A DNA stretch of 64,000 nucleotides from Gemmatimonadota bacterium (GTDB lineage: Bacteria > Gemmatimonadota > Gemmatimonadetes > Palauibacterales > Palauibacteraceae), in assembly GCA_039589875.1 (NCBI GenBank), contig JBDHGL010000013.1, positions 1,032 to 65,031 of the forward strand, read 5' to 3'. Positions 1 through 9,669 of this stretch are shown here, one piece after another. Under the pieces are notes generated by a model. That model was not told where the DNA came from. It saw nothing but the letters and a program-made list of their open reading frames with translations, and ran no database searches. Every line of letters starts with the position of its first letter. Position 1 is the stretch's first letter. The translations under genes and the position numbers were made by a program.

Positions 1-159
1 GCTTCCAATCCTCTTCCGAGCGATCCGGTTTTTCCCTGTCGCCGTCTGACTCGTCCCTCAACTCTCACCTCCCGGGGCATTCCCGCCCCTACAGTTGAAA
101 CTTTCCGTGTCGGCCTCTCGTGGAGACTTACATATCGTCGACGATACATCTCGGAGGCC

Positions 160-588
160 GTGGTGAAAAAGGCTTTGTTGTTGTCGGCGCTGCTGGCGGT
201 GGTCTGGGTCATGGCGATGACGGGGTGGTCAGCGGCCGCTCACATCACCGGAGCGCCCGGACCGGCGCAAGCGGCGAACCTGATGTTCGACACCGGTTCG
301 GCTGCTCTCGAGGCCGTGGATCTCCCCCGACCGCTCTCACGCTCACGACGTGCCGCCATGCGGCAGCTCAGCACGAGTCGCCGCGTCGTTCTCTCCGCTC
401 TGCGCATGCCCGAACGCGCCGGGGCAGCGATCGCCGATCGATGGTCCGAGCACCACCGATCGGGCAGCGGGCACATGGAGGTCGTGGCACCCAACGTACA
501 CGTACACCGGCCCGTCGTGATCCGGCGCGAGCAGGAACCGATTCGGATCATCGTTCGGTCGGCGGAGAGCTCGAAGTCGTCCCACTGA
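160..588 (+). CDS. Hypothetical small secreted protein; weak call. GTG start preceded by GGAGG, N-terminal signal-peptide-like segment.
   Basis: ORF track 160..588. N-terminus MVKKALLLSALLAVVWVMAMTGWSAAAH looks like a signal peptide. Third codon positions are G/C-biased as expected for coding in this genome. GGAGG lies about 5 nt upstream. No recognisable family. Confidence 0.25.
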   Translation: MVKKALLLSALLAVVWVMAMTGWSAAAHITGAPGPAQAANLMFDTGSAALEAVDLPRPLSRSRRAAMRQLSTSRRVVLSALRMPERAGAAIADRWSEHHRSGSGHMEVVAPNVHVHRPVVIRREQEPIRIIVRSAESSKSSH

Positions 589-739
589 GCTAGATGCAGA
601 TTCGGGCGGAGGCTGTCAAAGCAACCTCCGCCCGTCTGAGTCTCGCGGTAGCCCATTGTTTGGGTATACGCCGCAACGGCGAAACGACTCCTGCTGAGCA
701 CGCGAGTCTCTACTTCTAGTATATCCTACCCTGCCCAGG

Positions 740-2557
740 TTGGCACGAGCCTGGTTCGACGCCGTAGTTTCGCTCCCTATGACCTGGGAAATCGCCTTCG
801 TTTTCATCGTGATCGCGGTGGCGCTCGTCCTCTTCGTGAGCGAGCGCTATCCAATCGACCAGGTTGCCCTGGCGGTCCCGGTGGTGCTCCTCCTCGGAGG
901 CGTCATCACGCCTGCGGAAGCCGTGTCCGGCTTCAGCAACCCGGCGACCATCACCGTCGCCGCCATGCTGATCCTCGGGCTCGGACTCGTGAAGACCGGC
1001 GTCATCGCGGCTATTGCGCGTTGGGCCCTGACCGCGCCGCTGGGTCGACCGCAGATGCGGATGGCGATCCTCTGTTTCGTCGTCGCGCTGATCTCGCCCG
1101 TACTCAACAACACGGCGGTGGTCGTCGTCTTCCTCCCGGTGTTCGTGTCGCTCGCCTATCAGGAGGGCGAGCCCCCATCCCGCTATCTGATGCCGCTGTC
1201 GTATGCGGCCATCCTCGGGGGCACGGTCACGTTGATCGGCACGTCCACGAATCTCGTGGTCTATGGGATCGCTCAGACGCACGGCCTGGACGATTTCTCG
1301 CTGTTCACGATCGCGCCGCTCGGTCTCGTCTATTTGGCCGTCGGCATGCTGTATCTGTTCACGGTGGGACGGAAGCTCATCCCCCGCCGCGTCGGAGCGG
1401 CAGATCTCTCCGGTAAGTACCAGGTGCGCCAGTTTCTGGCGGAGCTGGCGGTCGAGGCGGGATCAGAGGCGATCGGAAGGTCGCTGGGCGAGCTCAAGTG
1501 GCGAGAGCTGTACGGCGTGTCGATTCTCGGGCTGGGGAGAGGAGATCGGTCGGTCTGGGCGCCCGGCTCTGACCGGCGGATCGTCGAGGGCGATATCCTT
1601 TACGCGCAGGGCACCCCCCAGCAACTCCTCCGGCTGGCTCGGCGCGAACAGCTCTCGACCCCGATGCGTCGTGCCAAGAGCGCCGTAGATTTCATATCCG
1701 AGAATGCCCGCCTGATGGAGATCATGATCGGACCTCACTGCTCGCTCGCCGGTCACACCCTGGCCGAGGCCCGCTTCCAGCAACGCCACGACGCGACCGT
1801 CCTGGCCATCCAGCGACACGGTGTCACGATTCGCGACAAGCTGGAGACAGTGAAGATCGGGTTCGGAGATCTGCTGCTGGTGCATGGCCAGGTCGCGGCG
1901 CTCGATGCCCTCGGCGCCGAGCCGGGCTTCGTTCCGCTCCGCATGGTCGAGGATCCCGTCTCGGATCGACCGCGAGCCCTCGTCTCGGTCGGCATCCTCG
2001 TGGGGGTGGTCGCCGCAGCCTCCGCCGGGATCCTTCCGATCATGACGGCCGCTCTTGTGGGCGTCGTTCTGATGATCTTCACGCGCTGCGTCCGAGTGGA
2101 CGAGCTCTACACGGAGATGGACTGGATGGTCGTCTTTCTCCTCGCGGGCCTCCTGCCGCTCGGAATCGCGATGGAAACTACCGGAGCGGCGGCTTGGATG
2201 GTCACGGGCCTTACGGCCGGTCTGAGCGACGTTACTCCGACGGCGGCCATAGCGGCCGTGTACGTAGTCACGGCCCTGCTCACCGCGGTGATGTCCAACG
2301 CTGCAACCGCGGTAGTCGTGGCGCCGGTCGCACTCTTCATGGCCGCGGAACTCGGCATGAACCCGTATGCCCTGCTGATCACCGTGATGTTCGGCGCCTC
2401 GGCCTCCTTCATGACGCCGATGGGATATCAGACGAACGTGCTGATCTACGGGCCGGGCGGATACCGCTTTGCGGACTTCCTGAAGGTCGGCACACCGCTC
2501 ACCGTAATCCTGGGCATCCTCACGACCCTCCTCATCCCGATCTTCTGGCCGGGCTAA
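740..2557 (+). CDS. SLC13/DASS-type anion permease (ArsB/NhaD superfamily) with two internal TrkA-C (RCK_C) domains
   Basis: 605 aa polytopic membrane protein. Hydrophobic N- and C-terminal halves flank a soluble segment with two RCK_C-like repeats (…RQFLAELAVEAGSEAIGRSLGELKWRELYGVSILGLGRGDR… and …IMIGPHCSLAGHTLAEARFQQRHDATVLAIQRHGV…). TTG start. Confidence 0.85.
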   Translation: MARAWFDAVVSLPMTWEIAFVFIVIAVALVLFVSERYPIDQVALAVPVVLLLGGVITPAEAVSGFSNPATITVAAMLILGLGLVKTGVIAAIARWALTAPLGRPQMRMAILCFVVALISPVLNNTAVVVVFLPVFVSLAYQEGEPPSRYLMPLSYAAILGGTVTLIGTSTNLVVYGIAQTHGLDDFSLFTIAPLGLVYLAVGMLYLFTVGRKLIPRRVGAADLSGKYQVRQFLAELAVEAGSEAIGRSLGELKWRELYGVSILGLGRGDRSVWAPGSDRRIVEGDILYAQGTPQQLLRLARREQLSTPMRRAKSAVDFISENARLMEIMIGPHCSLAGHTLAEARFQQRHDATVLAIQRHGVTIRDKLETVKIGFGDLLLVHGQVAALDALGAEPGFVPLRMVEDPVSDRPRALVSVGILVGVVAAASAGILPIMTAALVGVVLMIFTRCVRVDELYTEMDWMVVFLLAGLLPLGIAMETTGAAAWMVTGLTAGLSDVTPTAAIAAVYVVTALLTAVMSNAATAVVVAPVALFMAAELGMNPYALLITVMFGASASFMTPMGYQTNVLIYGPGGYRFADFLKVGTPLTVILGILTTLLIPIFWPG

Positions 2558-2565
2558 TTTTTGTG

Positions 2566-2586
2566 AACCGCAGAGGCGGTTTTTGC
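2566..2586 (+). terminator. Putative rho-independent terminator after the permease gene
   Basis: AACCGC-AGAG-GCGGTT hairpin followed by TTTTTG, immediately after the stop at 2557. Confidence 0.4.
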
Positions 2587-2682
2587 GTTATTGAGTTGGA
2601 CGGAGTCGATCTCGACCGAAGAGGGTCGCAATAGAGACGCCTATGACGCTGTGCTACTGTCAGTTAACTGAATCTCGCCGAG

Positions 2683-3528
2683 GTGTTTGTCGTGTACCGT
2701 GACACGCTGAATTGTGAGGCTGTCCAGCGCTGCCTATGGCCGCTGGACGAACCGCGGCCGTACTCGGAGCAGGAAGAGGCGGCCCGCATGCATCTGGGAC
2801 ACTGTACCGAGTGCCGCGAGTTCTTCGCGCGCGACGCCGCATTGGGACGGGCGATCGTCCGTCACGGGCTGGCAGCGAAGGCGCCGGAGAGCCTGCGGCA
2901 ACGCGTTTGGAACATCCTCTTCGGACTGGAGGCTCCGGCGGAGCGTGACGGCCTGTCCTTGGCGGCGTCGGCAGGGGAAGGTGACGGTCAGGCGGCTCGA
3001 GTGGCTGGAGAGATCATCCGGGCAACCCGCTTTCCGGTGCGGCTGCGCCGCGAGGGTTGGGCGGTCGCCGCGGCCATCGTAGCCCTCCTCACCGCGGCGA
3101 CACTCCTCCGTAGCGGCGCCGACGGAGTCGGCGAAGTATACGCGGAAGACTATCTGAGTCACGTCGAGGACCTGAAGCTCTACTCTCCGGATCCGGCCAC
3201 CGTATCCTCTTTCTTCCAGCAGCAGATGGGCGTTGGCATGCACCCTGTCATGCTGGAAGAGGGTCGGCTAACGCGAGCGATGGTCTGTATACTGGCGGAC
3301 CGGCAGGCAGCGATGGTCGAGTACGCGCTGGGCGATCACGTCGTAGCTCACTACCGCATCGTCCGTGGAACAGAAGCGCCGTCGCAGAACGCCAGAATGC
3401 GGGCTACGACGGAGCGCGGCGTAACGACGATCACCTGGCACGACGCCACCTTCGAGCATGCGCTCGTCTCCGATCTCGCGGCCGACGACCTGGTCGCGTT
3501 GGCGCAGGCTACCTTCTCGGCGCGCTAG
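2683..3528 (+). CDS. Putative zinc-finger (ZAS-type) anti-sigma factor, membrane-anchored, with no adjacent sigma factor
   Basis: N-terminal H-x3-C-x2-C motif (MHLGHCTECREFF). Central hydrophobic helix (WAVAAAIVALLTAATLL). C-terminal domain of unknown function. GTG start. Confidence 0.55.
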   Translation: MFVVYRDTLNCEAVQRCLWPLDEPRPYSEQEEAARMHLGHCTECREFFARDAALGRAIVRHGLAAKAPESLRQRVWNILFGLEAPAERDGLSLAASAGEGDGQAARVAGEIIRATRFPVRLRREGWAVAAAIVALLTAATLLRSGADGVGEVYAEDYLSHVEDLKLYSPDPATVSSFFQQQMGVGMHPVMLEEGRLTRAMVCILADRQAAMVEYALGDHVVAHYRIVRGTEAPSQNARMRATTERGVTTITWHDATFEHALVSDLAADDLVALAQATFSAR

Positions 3529-3540
3529 CCCGCGAGGCTC

Positions 3541-5870
3541 TCACCGCGCGCCAGACACCGGCGTAACCCGCACCGCACAGAACTTGAATTCGGGGATTTT
3601 TCCGGCGGGATCGAGCTCGTCGATCGTCAACAGGTTTGCGGCGGCCTCCCGAAAGTGGAACGGGATGAATGCCGATCCGCGTAACATCCGGTCGGACCCG
3701 GTCACGGGGAGCGTGATGCAGCCGCGCCGGGACGCCACTTCCACGAGATCGCCGTCCCGCAAACCAAGCTCCGCGAGATCGCTCGGATGGAGGTCCACGC
3801 GTGGGGCCGGCTCGAGTGCGTGAAGGGCTGCCGAGCGTCGCGTCATGGTCCCGGTATGCCAGTGCTCCAGCAGCCGTCCCGTGTTGAGCACGTACGGGTA
3901 GTCCTGATCCGGTAGCTCCTTCGCGGGCGCGAACTCGGCGGGCACGAACTTTCCCCGGCCACTCGCGGTCGGGAAGCCATCTCCGAACAAGATCTGGATA
4001 CCGTCCCCCGCATCGGGATCCGGACACGGCCAGAGCTTGCCCGTCGACCCGAGGTTCTCGTACGTCAGCCCAGCGTACGACGGAGCGAGAGAGCTGAACT
4101 CGTCGAAGATCTGGTCCGTCGAATCGTACTCCATGCGATAACCCATTCGCGTGGCCAGCTCGCAGATGATCTCCCAATCGGCTCGCGCCTCTCCGGGTGG
4201 CTCGAGCGCCTTCCGGCCTACCTGGACGCGTCGGTCGGTATTCGTGTACGTGCCGAACTTCTCGAAGAAGCTGGTCGCGGGGAAAATGACATCCGCGAAC
4301 TCGGCGGTCTCGGTCAGGAAGATGTCCTGGACGACGAGGAACTCGAGGTTGGCGAGGGCCTTCCGGACCTTGTTGATGTTCGGATCGGAGAGGAAGGGGT
4401 TCTCGCCCATCATGTACATGCCGCGTATCGATCCCGCGAGCGCACCCCCCATGATCTCGACGACGGTCAATCCCGGCTCCGGATCCAGCTGCACCCCCCA
4501 CGCCTCCTCGAACGTGGCCCGGATCGCCGGGTCCGCGACGCTCTGATAGTCCGGATAGACCATCGGGATCAGTCCGGCGTCCGAAGCTCCCTGGACGTTG
4601 TTCTGCCCCCTCAGCGGGTGGAGCCCGGTGCCCTCGCGGCCGATGTTGCCGGTGAGAAGAGCGAGCGAGATAAGGCAGCGCGAGTTATCCGTGCCGTGCG
4701 TGTGCTGCGAGATCCCCATTCCCCAGAAGATGATGGCCTTTTCGGCGCTTCCGAACGCTCGCGCCGCTTCCCGGATCAGGTCCGGCTCCACACCGCAGAT
4801 CTTCGACGACACCTCCGGGGAGTAGCGCTCGACGACGGCCTTCAGATCTTCGAAGCCCTCGGTCATGCCGGCGATGTACTCCTCATCGATCAGACTCTCC
4901 TCGACGAGGACGTGCATCCATGCGTTGTACAGGGCCACGTCGGTGCCCGGCTCGATTTGCAGGAAATAGTCGGCGTGCTCGGCCATTTCGATCCGGCGGG
5001 GCTCGACGACGATCAGCTTCGTGCCGCCGAGCTTGCGGGCCTGCTTCATGAAGGTCGCCGCCACCGGGTGGTTGCCGGTCGTGTTCGAGCCGGCGATCAG
5101 AGCGACGTCTGCGTTCTTCACGTCCGCGAAGACGTTCGTGACCGCCCCCGAGCCGATCGTCTCCATCAGCGCTGCCACCGAAGAGGCGTGGCAGAGCCGC
5201 GTGCAGTGGTCCACGTTGTTGGTCCCGAAGCCGGCCCGGACCAGCTTCTGAAACAGGTACGCCTCCTCGTTGCTACACTTCGCACTCCCGAACCCGGCCA
5301 ACGCCGATGGGCCGTGCCGGTCCCGGATCTCCGCCAGCCGTCCGGCCGCCAGGTCCAGTGCCTCGTCCCAGGTGGCCTCGCGGAAGTGAGGCATCACCTC
5401 ATCGTAGTCGACGATTCCGCCGGGCCTTCGCTTGCGCTCCCCTCGGACGTCCGCCGAAAGGGCACCCTTCGGGTATGCCGACTCCTTGCGAATGAGAGGC
5501 GTCGTGAGCCGCTGCGGATGAGTCGCGTAGTCGAATCCGAAGCGCCCCTTCACACACAGGCGCTCGTCGTTGACCGGGCTGGCACGTCCATCGGCTCGCC
5601 GGATCCGCCCGGCGTCCTCATCCACGAAATACCGGATTGCGCAGCCGACGCCGCAGTATGGGCAAACCGAGTCGACCATCTGCAGCTCCGGTCGCTCTCC
5701 CCCACCGTCCAGCCCCGCCAGGAGCTCCTCTCGATGCGCGTCGATCGCCTCGCGAAGCTCGGGCGTCAGAGCCCCGTGAAGATCGCTCAGGAGCAGACGC
5801 TCACCCTGGCGGCGGACCTTCACTCCACGCTTGCCGAGCTCCCTGAGTAGCGTCGCAGATGTCATAGGTA
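3541..5870 (-). CDS. fdhA: Formate dehydrogenase catalytic subunit (Mo/W-bis-PGD oxidoreductase, FdhA/FdsA-like, Cys-type)
   Basis: Starts MTSATLL… The N-terminal 4Fe-4S motif CPYCGVGC…C precedes the molybdopterin oxidoreductase and molybdopterin dinucleotide-binding domains. The position of the FdhF selenocysteine is Cys here (RLCHASSVAAL). The ATG overlaps the upstream stop (CTATGACA). Confidence 0.9.
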
Positions 5871-6548
5871 CTCCCAGTTTCCCGGGTCCTCGGTCTCCGG
5901 TGCCGGCTCCGCACCAAAGCTCAGGGAGAGCGCTCCTGTCGGACAAACCTTCTCGCACTCTCCGCACGAAACGCAGGTGCTCGCGCCCATCGGGGCATCC
6001 AGATCGAACGCGATCCTCGTCCCGTATCCCTTTCCGGTCCGGCCCATGACCTCGTTCACCTGAAGATCATCGCAGCCGCGGATGCACCGGTCGCACAGGA
6101 TGCACGCCTGGTGATCCACGTAGATCACCTTCGACGACGGATCCGTGCCGCGTCCATCTCCGGCGGGCAACCCGCTGATCCGCTCCCGAGGCCACGGCAC
6201 ATCCAACTCGCTCGCCAGCGCGAGCAGATCATCCGAGCCCGTCTTCGGACGTCCACCGGCGCTCACCGGATAGTCCGACAGGAGGAGCTCGACGAGCCCC
6301 TGCCGACAGGCCTCGAGGCGCTCGGATGATGTGCGGACCTCCATTCCTTCCTCCGCCCGGCGTACGCAGGAGGCCGCGTACTTCTTATCGCCGACGTCCA
6401 CCAGGCACAGCCGGCAGACGCCCACCGGCTCGAGCCTCGGATCGTGGCACAGGACCGGGATGTCGACCCCCATGTCTCGGGCGGCCTCCCAGACGGTCGT
6501 GCCGGCTGGCACCCGAACCGACCGCCCGTCGATCGTCAGCTCGATCAT
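5862..6548 (-). CDS. NuoG-like N-terminal Fe-S subunit (2Fe-2S plus 4Fe-4S ferredoxin module) of NAD-dependent formate dehydrogenase
   Basis: 228 aa. Plant-type 2Fe-2S cysteines (CHDPRLEPVGVCRLC). Two 4Fe-4S motifs (CILCDRCIRGC, CVSCGECEKVCP). This corresponds to the N-terminal module of single-chain FdsA/NuoG proteins. Confidence 0.85.
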   Translation of the reverse strand: MIELTIDGRSVRVPAGTTVWEAARDMGVDIPVLCHDPRLEPVGVCRLCLVDVGDKKYAASCVRRAEEGMEVRTSSERLEACRQGLVELLLSDYPVSAGGRPKTGSDDLLALASELDVPWPRERISGLPAGDGRGTDPSSKVIYVDHQACILCDRCIRGCDDLQVNEVMGRTGKGYGTRIAFDLDAPMGASTCVSCGECEKVCPTGALSLSFGAEPAPETEDPGNWEYL

Positions 6549-6552
6549 CCCG

Positions 6553-8163
6553 CTACGCCGTGCATCCGGGGACCTCCTCCGGCCAATGCTCGGCCACGGA
6601 AAGGAGCGGATTCAGCGCGACATAGCCGAGTCCGCAGATCGACGTCTCGCTCAAGAGCAGGTTCAGCTTCTCTATCACTGCCCAGTCCAGTGGACCGTCG
6701 GTCTCCAGAGTCGTCTCGAGCATTCGGGTGGCCTTCTCGGTCCCGACCCGGCAAGGGACACACTTTCCGCATGACTCGTTTCGAAAGAAGCGAACGACGT
6801 TGGCGGCAAGCGGGAGAAGCTGCGTCCCATCCGCTACGACCACCAGCGCCCCGGAGCCCATCATGCTGCCGGCCTCCTCGAGAGTACCGAAGTCGATCGC
6901 CACACCCGCTCGATCGGCCGGAAGGAAGTTGGATGAGGCGCCGCCCGGTGCGAACGCCTTCAAGGCTCGGCCTCCCGCCACCCCCCCGGCCATCTCGATC
7001 AACTCGCTCACGCTCGTGCCGGTTTCGATCTCGTAGACTCCTGGGGCCTCTACGTGGCCCGAGACAGAGATGAACTTGAGACCGGCATGTCCGCCTCTTC
7101 CGGCCGACTGCCACCATTCCACGCCGTTTTCGAGGATTCCCGGGACGAGCGCAAGCGTCTCGACGTTGTTCATGAGCGTCGGGAGCCCGCGGAAGCCCAC
7201 CTGGCCCGGGAATGGAGGCTTGTTACGTGGCTCTCCGCGTCGGTCCTCGAGGGCTTCAAGGAGGGCTGTCTCCTCCCCGAGTATGTAGCCGCCGGGGGAC
7301 ACGAAAACCTCCACGTCGAAGGCGAAGCCGGTGCCGAGAATGTCGTCGCCCAGAAGACCGGAGGATCGAGCTCGCTCCACCTCCCCTTCGAGCGCCTCCC
7401 GGGCGCGGCCGTATTCGTGCCGTAGGTAGATGATCCCCTTCTCGGCGCCGACGACGAATGCTCCCAGGGCCATCCCTTCCACGACGAGATGCGGCAGATC
7501 CTCCATGATCACGCGATCCTTGAAGGTCCCCGGCTCGCTCTCGTCCGCGTTGCAGATGACGTACTTCGGGTGATTCTCTTCGGCCCGAACCAGCTTCCAT
7601 TTCAGTCCGGTCGGGAAGCCGGCGCCTCCCATGCCGCGCAGTCCGGCGCTCTCCAGCCGACCGACGATCCGCTCGGCTTCGCCTGCCGCCGACTCTGCCG
7701 TGAGAGCAGCTCGCAGTGCACCGTAGGGCTCGCCATCCGGGTACGGATCGCACCTCCAGCGCGCGCTCGGCGACGGGATCTCGGCAGCTCCATCCCGCAG
7801 GCATTCCTCCACCCGCTCCGGAGAGTCCACTCGAACCGGACTGCCGTTGACGTGCGCCGCCGGAGCCAGCTCGCAGCAGCCGAGACAGGAAGCGCTCTCC
7901 ACCGTCACGTCCTCTCGGCCACCGATCAGATCGCGTACCCTGTCGGCCAGACCATCCGCTCCCGCCAGGTGGCAGCTCATGTCACGGCACAACGAGATCG
8001 TGACCGGCGGAGCGGCCTCAGTCCTGAAGTGCGGGTAGAACGAGACGAGACCTTCGAGACGATAGAGCGGAACCTTGAGCCGTGCCGACAGCTCGCTGAG
8101 AGTGGGCTCGTCCAGGTATCCTTTGGCGGCTTGCAGCCGGTCCAGCTCGCGGAGTAGTCGCAT
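6553..8163 (-). CDS. NuoE-NuoF fusion: NAD(H)-binding FMN/Fe-S flavoprotein (FdsG-FdsB / HoxF-like diaphorase subunit)
   Basis: N-terminal thioredoxin-like 2Fe-2S domain (CRDMSCH…CLGCC). NuoF core with a Gly-rich FMN/NAD motif (GLRGMGGAGFPTGLKW). C-terminal 4Fe-4S motif (ESCGKCVPCR). Confidence 0.9.
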   Translation of the reverse strand: MRLLRELDRLQAAKGYLDEPTLSELSARLKVPLYRLEGLVSFYPHFRTEAAPPVTISLCRDMSCHLAGADGLADRVRDLIGGREDVTVESASCLGCCELAPAAHVNGSPVRVDSPERVEECLRDGAAEIPSPSARWRCDPYPDGEPYGALRAALTAESAAGEAERIVGRLESAGLRGMGGAGFPTGLKWKLVRAEENHPKYVICNADESEPGTFKDRVIMEDLPHLVVEGMALGAFVVGAEKGIIYLRHEYGRAREALEGEVERARSSGLLGDDILGTGFAFDVEVFVSPGGYILGEETALLEALEDRRGEPRNKPPFPGQVGFRGLPTLMNNVETLALVPGILENGVEWWQSAGRGGHAGLKFISVSGHVEAPGVYEIETGTSVSELIEMAGGVAGGRALKAFAPGGASSNFLPADRAGVAIDFGTLEEAGSMMGSGALVVVADGTQLLPLAANVVRFFRNESCGKCVPCRVGTEKATRMLETTLETDGPLDWAVIEKLNLLLSETSICGLGYVALNPLLSVAEHWPEEVPGCTA

Positions 8164-8573
8164 CAGGACTGGTCCCAGTAGCGTGCCTTCCGCGGGCTGA
8201 CGATCGCCCGGATCCCGCCCGTGGGATCAGCGACATCGCCGACATATCGGGGAATTACGTGAATGTGCGCGTGCGGCACGGTCTGTCCGGCAGCCAGGCC
8301 GTCGTTGACTCCTATGGTGAAGCCCTCCGGCCGGGCCTCTCGGATGAGCAGGCTGCGCGCCTCTGACGTGAGACTCCACAGCTCATCCTGTTCCGGCCGC
8401 GACAGGTGAAAGACGCTCTCGACATGTCGATACGGCACGATGAGGAGATGGCCGTCGGCGACCGGGAAGCCGTCGCGCACGACGAGACCGTGCTCTCCCT
8501 CTATGCGAATGCGCTCCTCGGGGAGCTCGCAAAATGGGCAGCCCTGCATGGCATGGAATGTAAGCGCCCGCAC
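8163..8573 (-). CDS. HIT (histidine triad) family protein
   Basis: 136 aa with HxHxHxx motif (HAHIHVIP). Its 3' end abuts the start of the NuoEF-like gene. Confidence 0.85.
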   Translation of the reverse strand: MRALTFHAMQGCPFCELPEERIRIEGEHGLVVRDGFPVADGHLLIVPYRHVESVFHLSRPEQDELWSLTSEARSLLIREARPEGFTIGVNDGLAAGQTVPHAHIHVIPRYVGDVADPTGGIRAIVSPRKARYWDQS

Positions 8574-8925
8574 GGCGTTCTGGCACGCCGCGCCTGCGCT
8601 GAAGTCGGATCTGTGGGGAGTCCGACCTAGTTCTTACGCGCCGACCAGTAGGCCCAGGAGAGGGGGCCGCGAGGTCGGGACGGAGGCGGCTCGGAAGCTC
8701 GCGCCGCCAGGTCCGTCGGAAACTCGAGCACGACCGGCGCGTCATGCGTCACATCGTTCTCCTGCCCACGCGAGCCGTCGCCGTTCTCGGCTTCCGAAGA
8801 GGTCTGCGAGACCTTCTGGGCCGCCGGGTCCTCGGACGTCAGCTGGCGCCAGGCGCCGTGGACGGGTCGGATCGGCCGGCGGCTGTACCCTCGGATGCGC
8901 TTGCGCCAGTTGGCGAAGAGCGGAT

Positions 8926-9669
8926 TCAAGCTCCGCTCCCGTTGAGCAGCAGCCGGCCGCGCCGAAAACGGGCCATGGCCGCCGATACCAAGAGCGCATC
9001 CAGGGTTGCCAGGGATGCCGTCAGCACGAGCGCCACTCGTGCAGGATCTCCGATCAGCAGCGTCGTGATAAGGTCGGTCCTCGTTCCGGCCGGGAGCATC
9101 TGCAGTCCGAACACGGGCACGATGAACGCCGCGAGGACACCCAAGCTGAAGGTCTGCTGGGCATGTCTCACCGTCGGAGCGCGCAGCGAGACCAGGACGC
9201 CGAGAGCTCCTCCAAATATCGATGCCAGCAGGGCGAGTCCCGTGACCGTGCCGAGCTGAGCAGAGGTGTAGAAGACCATCTCGCCCGGCGCGCGAATGTT
9301 GACCGCCACCAGGCTCAGCGGAACGCTGAGCAGCGTAGCGCCCCAAACGTACACGACGGCGGCGCTCATCTTACCTGCGAGGATGGCCCGATCCGGTAGC
9401 CGGGTGGCGAGCAGGCTACCGAGTGTGCCTCGTTCTCGCTCTCCGGCAAACGTATCGGCCGTAACGGTCGTCATGAGAAAGGTCGGTATCCAGACCCAGA
9501 AGAGAAGAACCCACGGTGCCGACAGCCAACTCGGCCCGACCTGATAGGGGAGAAACAGCCCGAGCACGGCAACGAAAACGAGGAGACCGACGATGCCGGA
9601 ATCCCGGCTGCCGGGAGCGTTGAGCTCGCGCCACTCCTTCCAGGCGACCGTCAGGACGTCCCGAATCAC
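8926..9669 (-). CDS. ABC-2 type transporter permease
   Basis: 247 aa with six predicted TM segments. The upstream ATPase stop overlaps this gene's start (9666/9669). Confidence 0.8.
   Translation of the reverse strand: MIRDVLTVAWKEWRELNAPGSRDSGIVGLLVFVAVLGLFLPYQVGPSWLSAPWVLLFWVWIPTFLMTTVTADTFAGERERGTLGSLLATRLPDRAILAGKMSAAVVYVWGATLLSVPLSLVAVNIRAPGEMVFYTSAQLGTVTGLALLASIFGGALGVLVSLRAPTVRHAQQTFSLGVLAAFIVPVFGLQMLPAGTRTDLITTLLIGDPARVALVLTASLATLDALLVSAAMARFRRGRLLLNGSGA

Noticed and set aside
716-1282. 188-aa minus-strand ORF overlapping the SLC13 permease
   Set aside because: Extremely Arg/Asp/His-rich with no hydrophobic core. It overlaps a well-supported membrane protein gene and is a spurious antisense frame.
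4618-5850. 410-aa plus-strand ORF antisense to the formate dehydrogenase catalytic subunit
   Set aside because: It lies entirely inside a confidently assigned minus-strand gene. The product is Arg/Gly/Asp-rich low-complexity, typical of the antisense frame in GC-rich DNA.
3541-5870. Possible selenocysteine in the formate dehydrogenase
   Set aside because: There is no in-frame TGA. The position equivalent to FdhF Sec140 is encoded as Cys (RLCHASS), so this is a Cys-type enzyme.
5862-5967. Frameshift/pseudogene interpretation of the split FDH alpha subunit
   Set aside because: The upstream stop and downstream ATG overlap as ATGA (CTATGACA). That is a standard translational-coupling junction, so two real genes are more likely than a frameshift.
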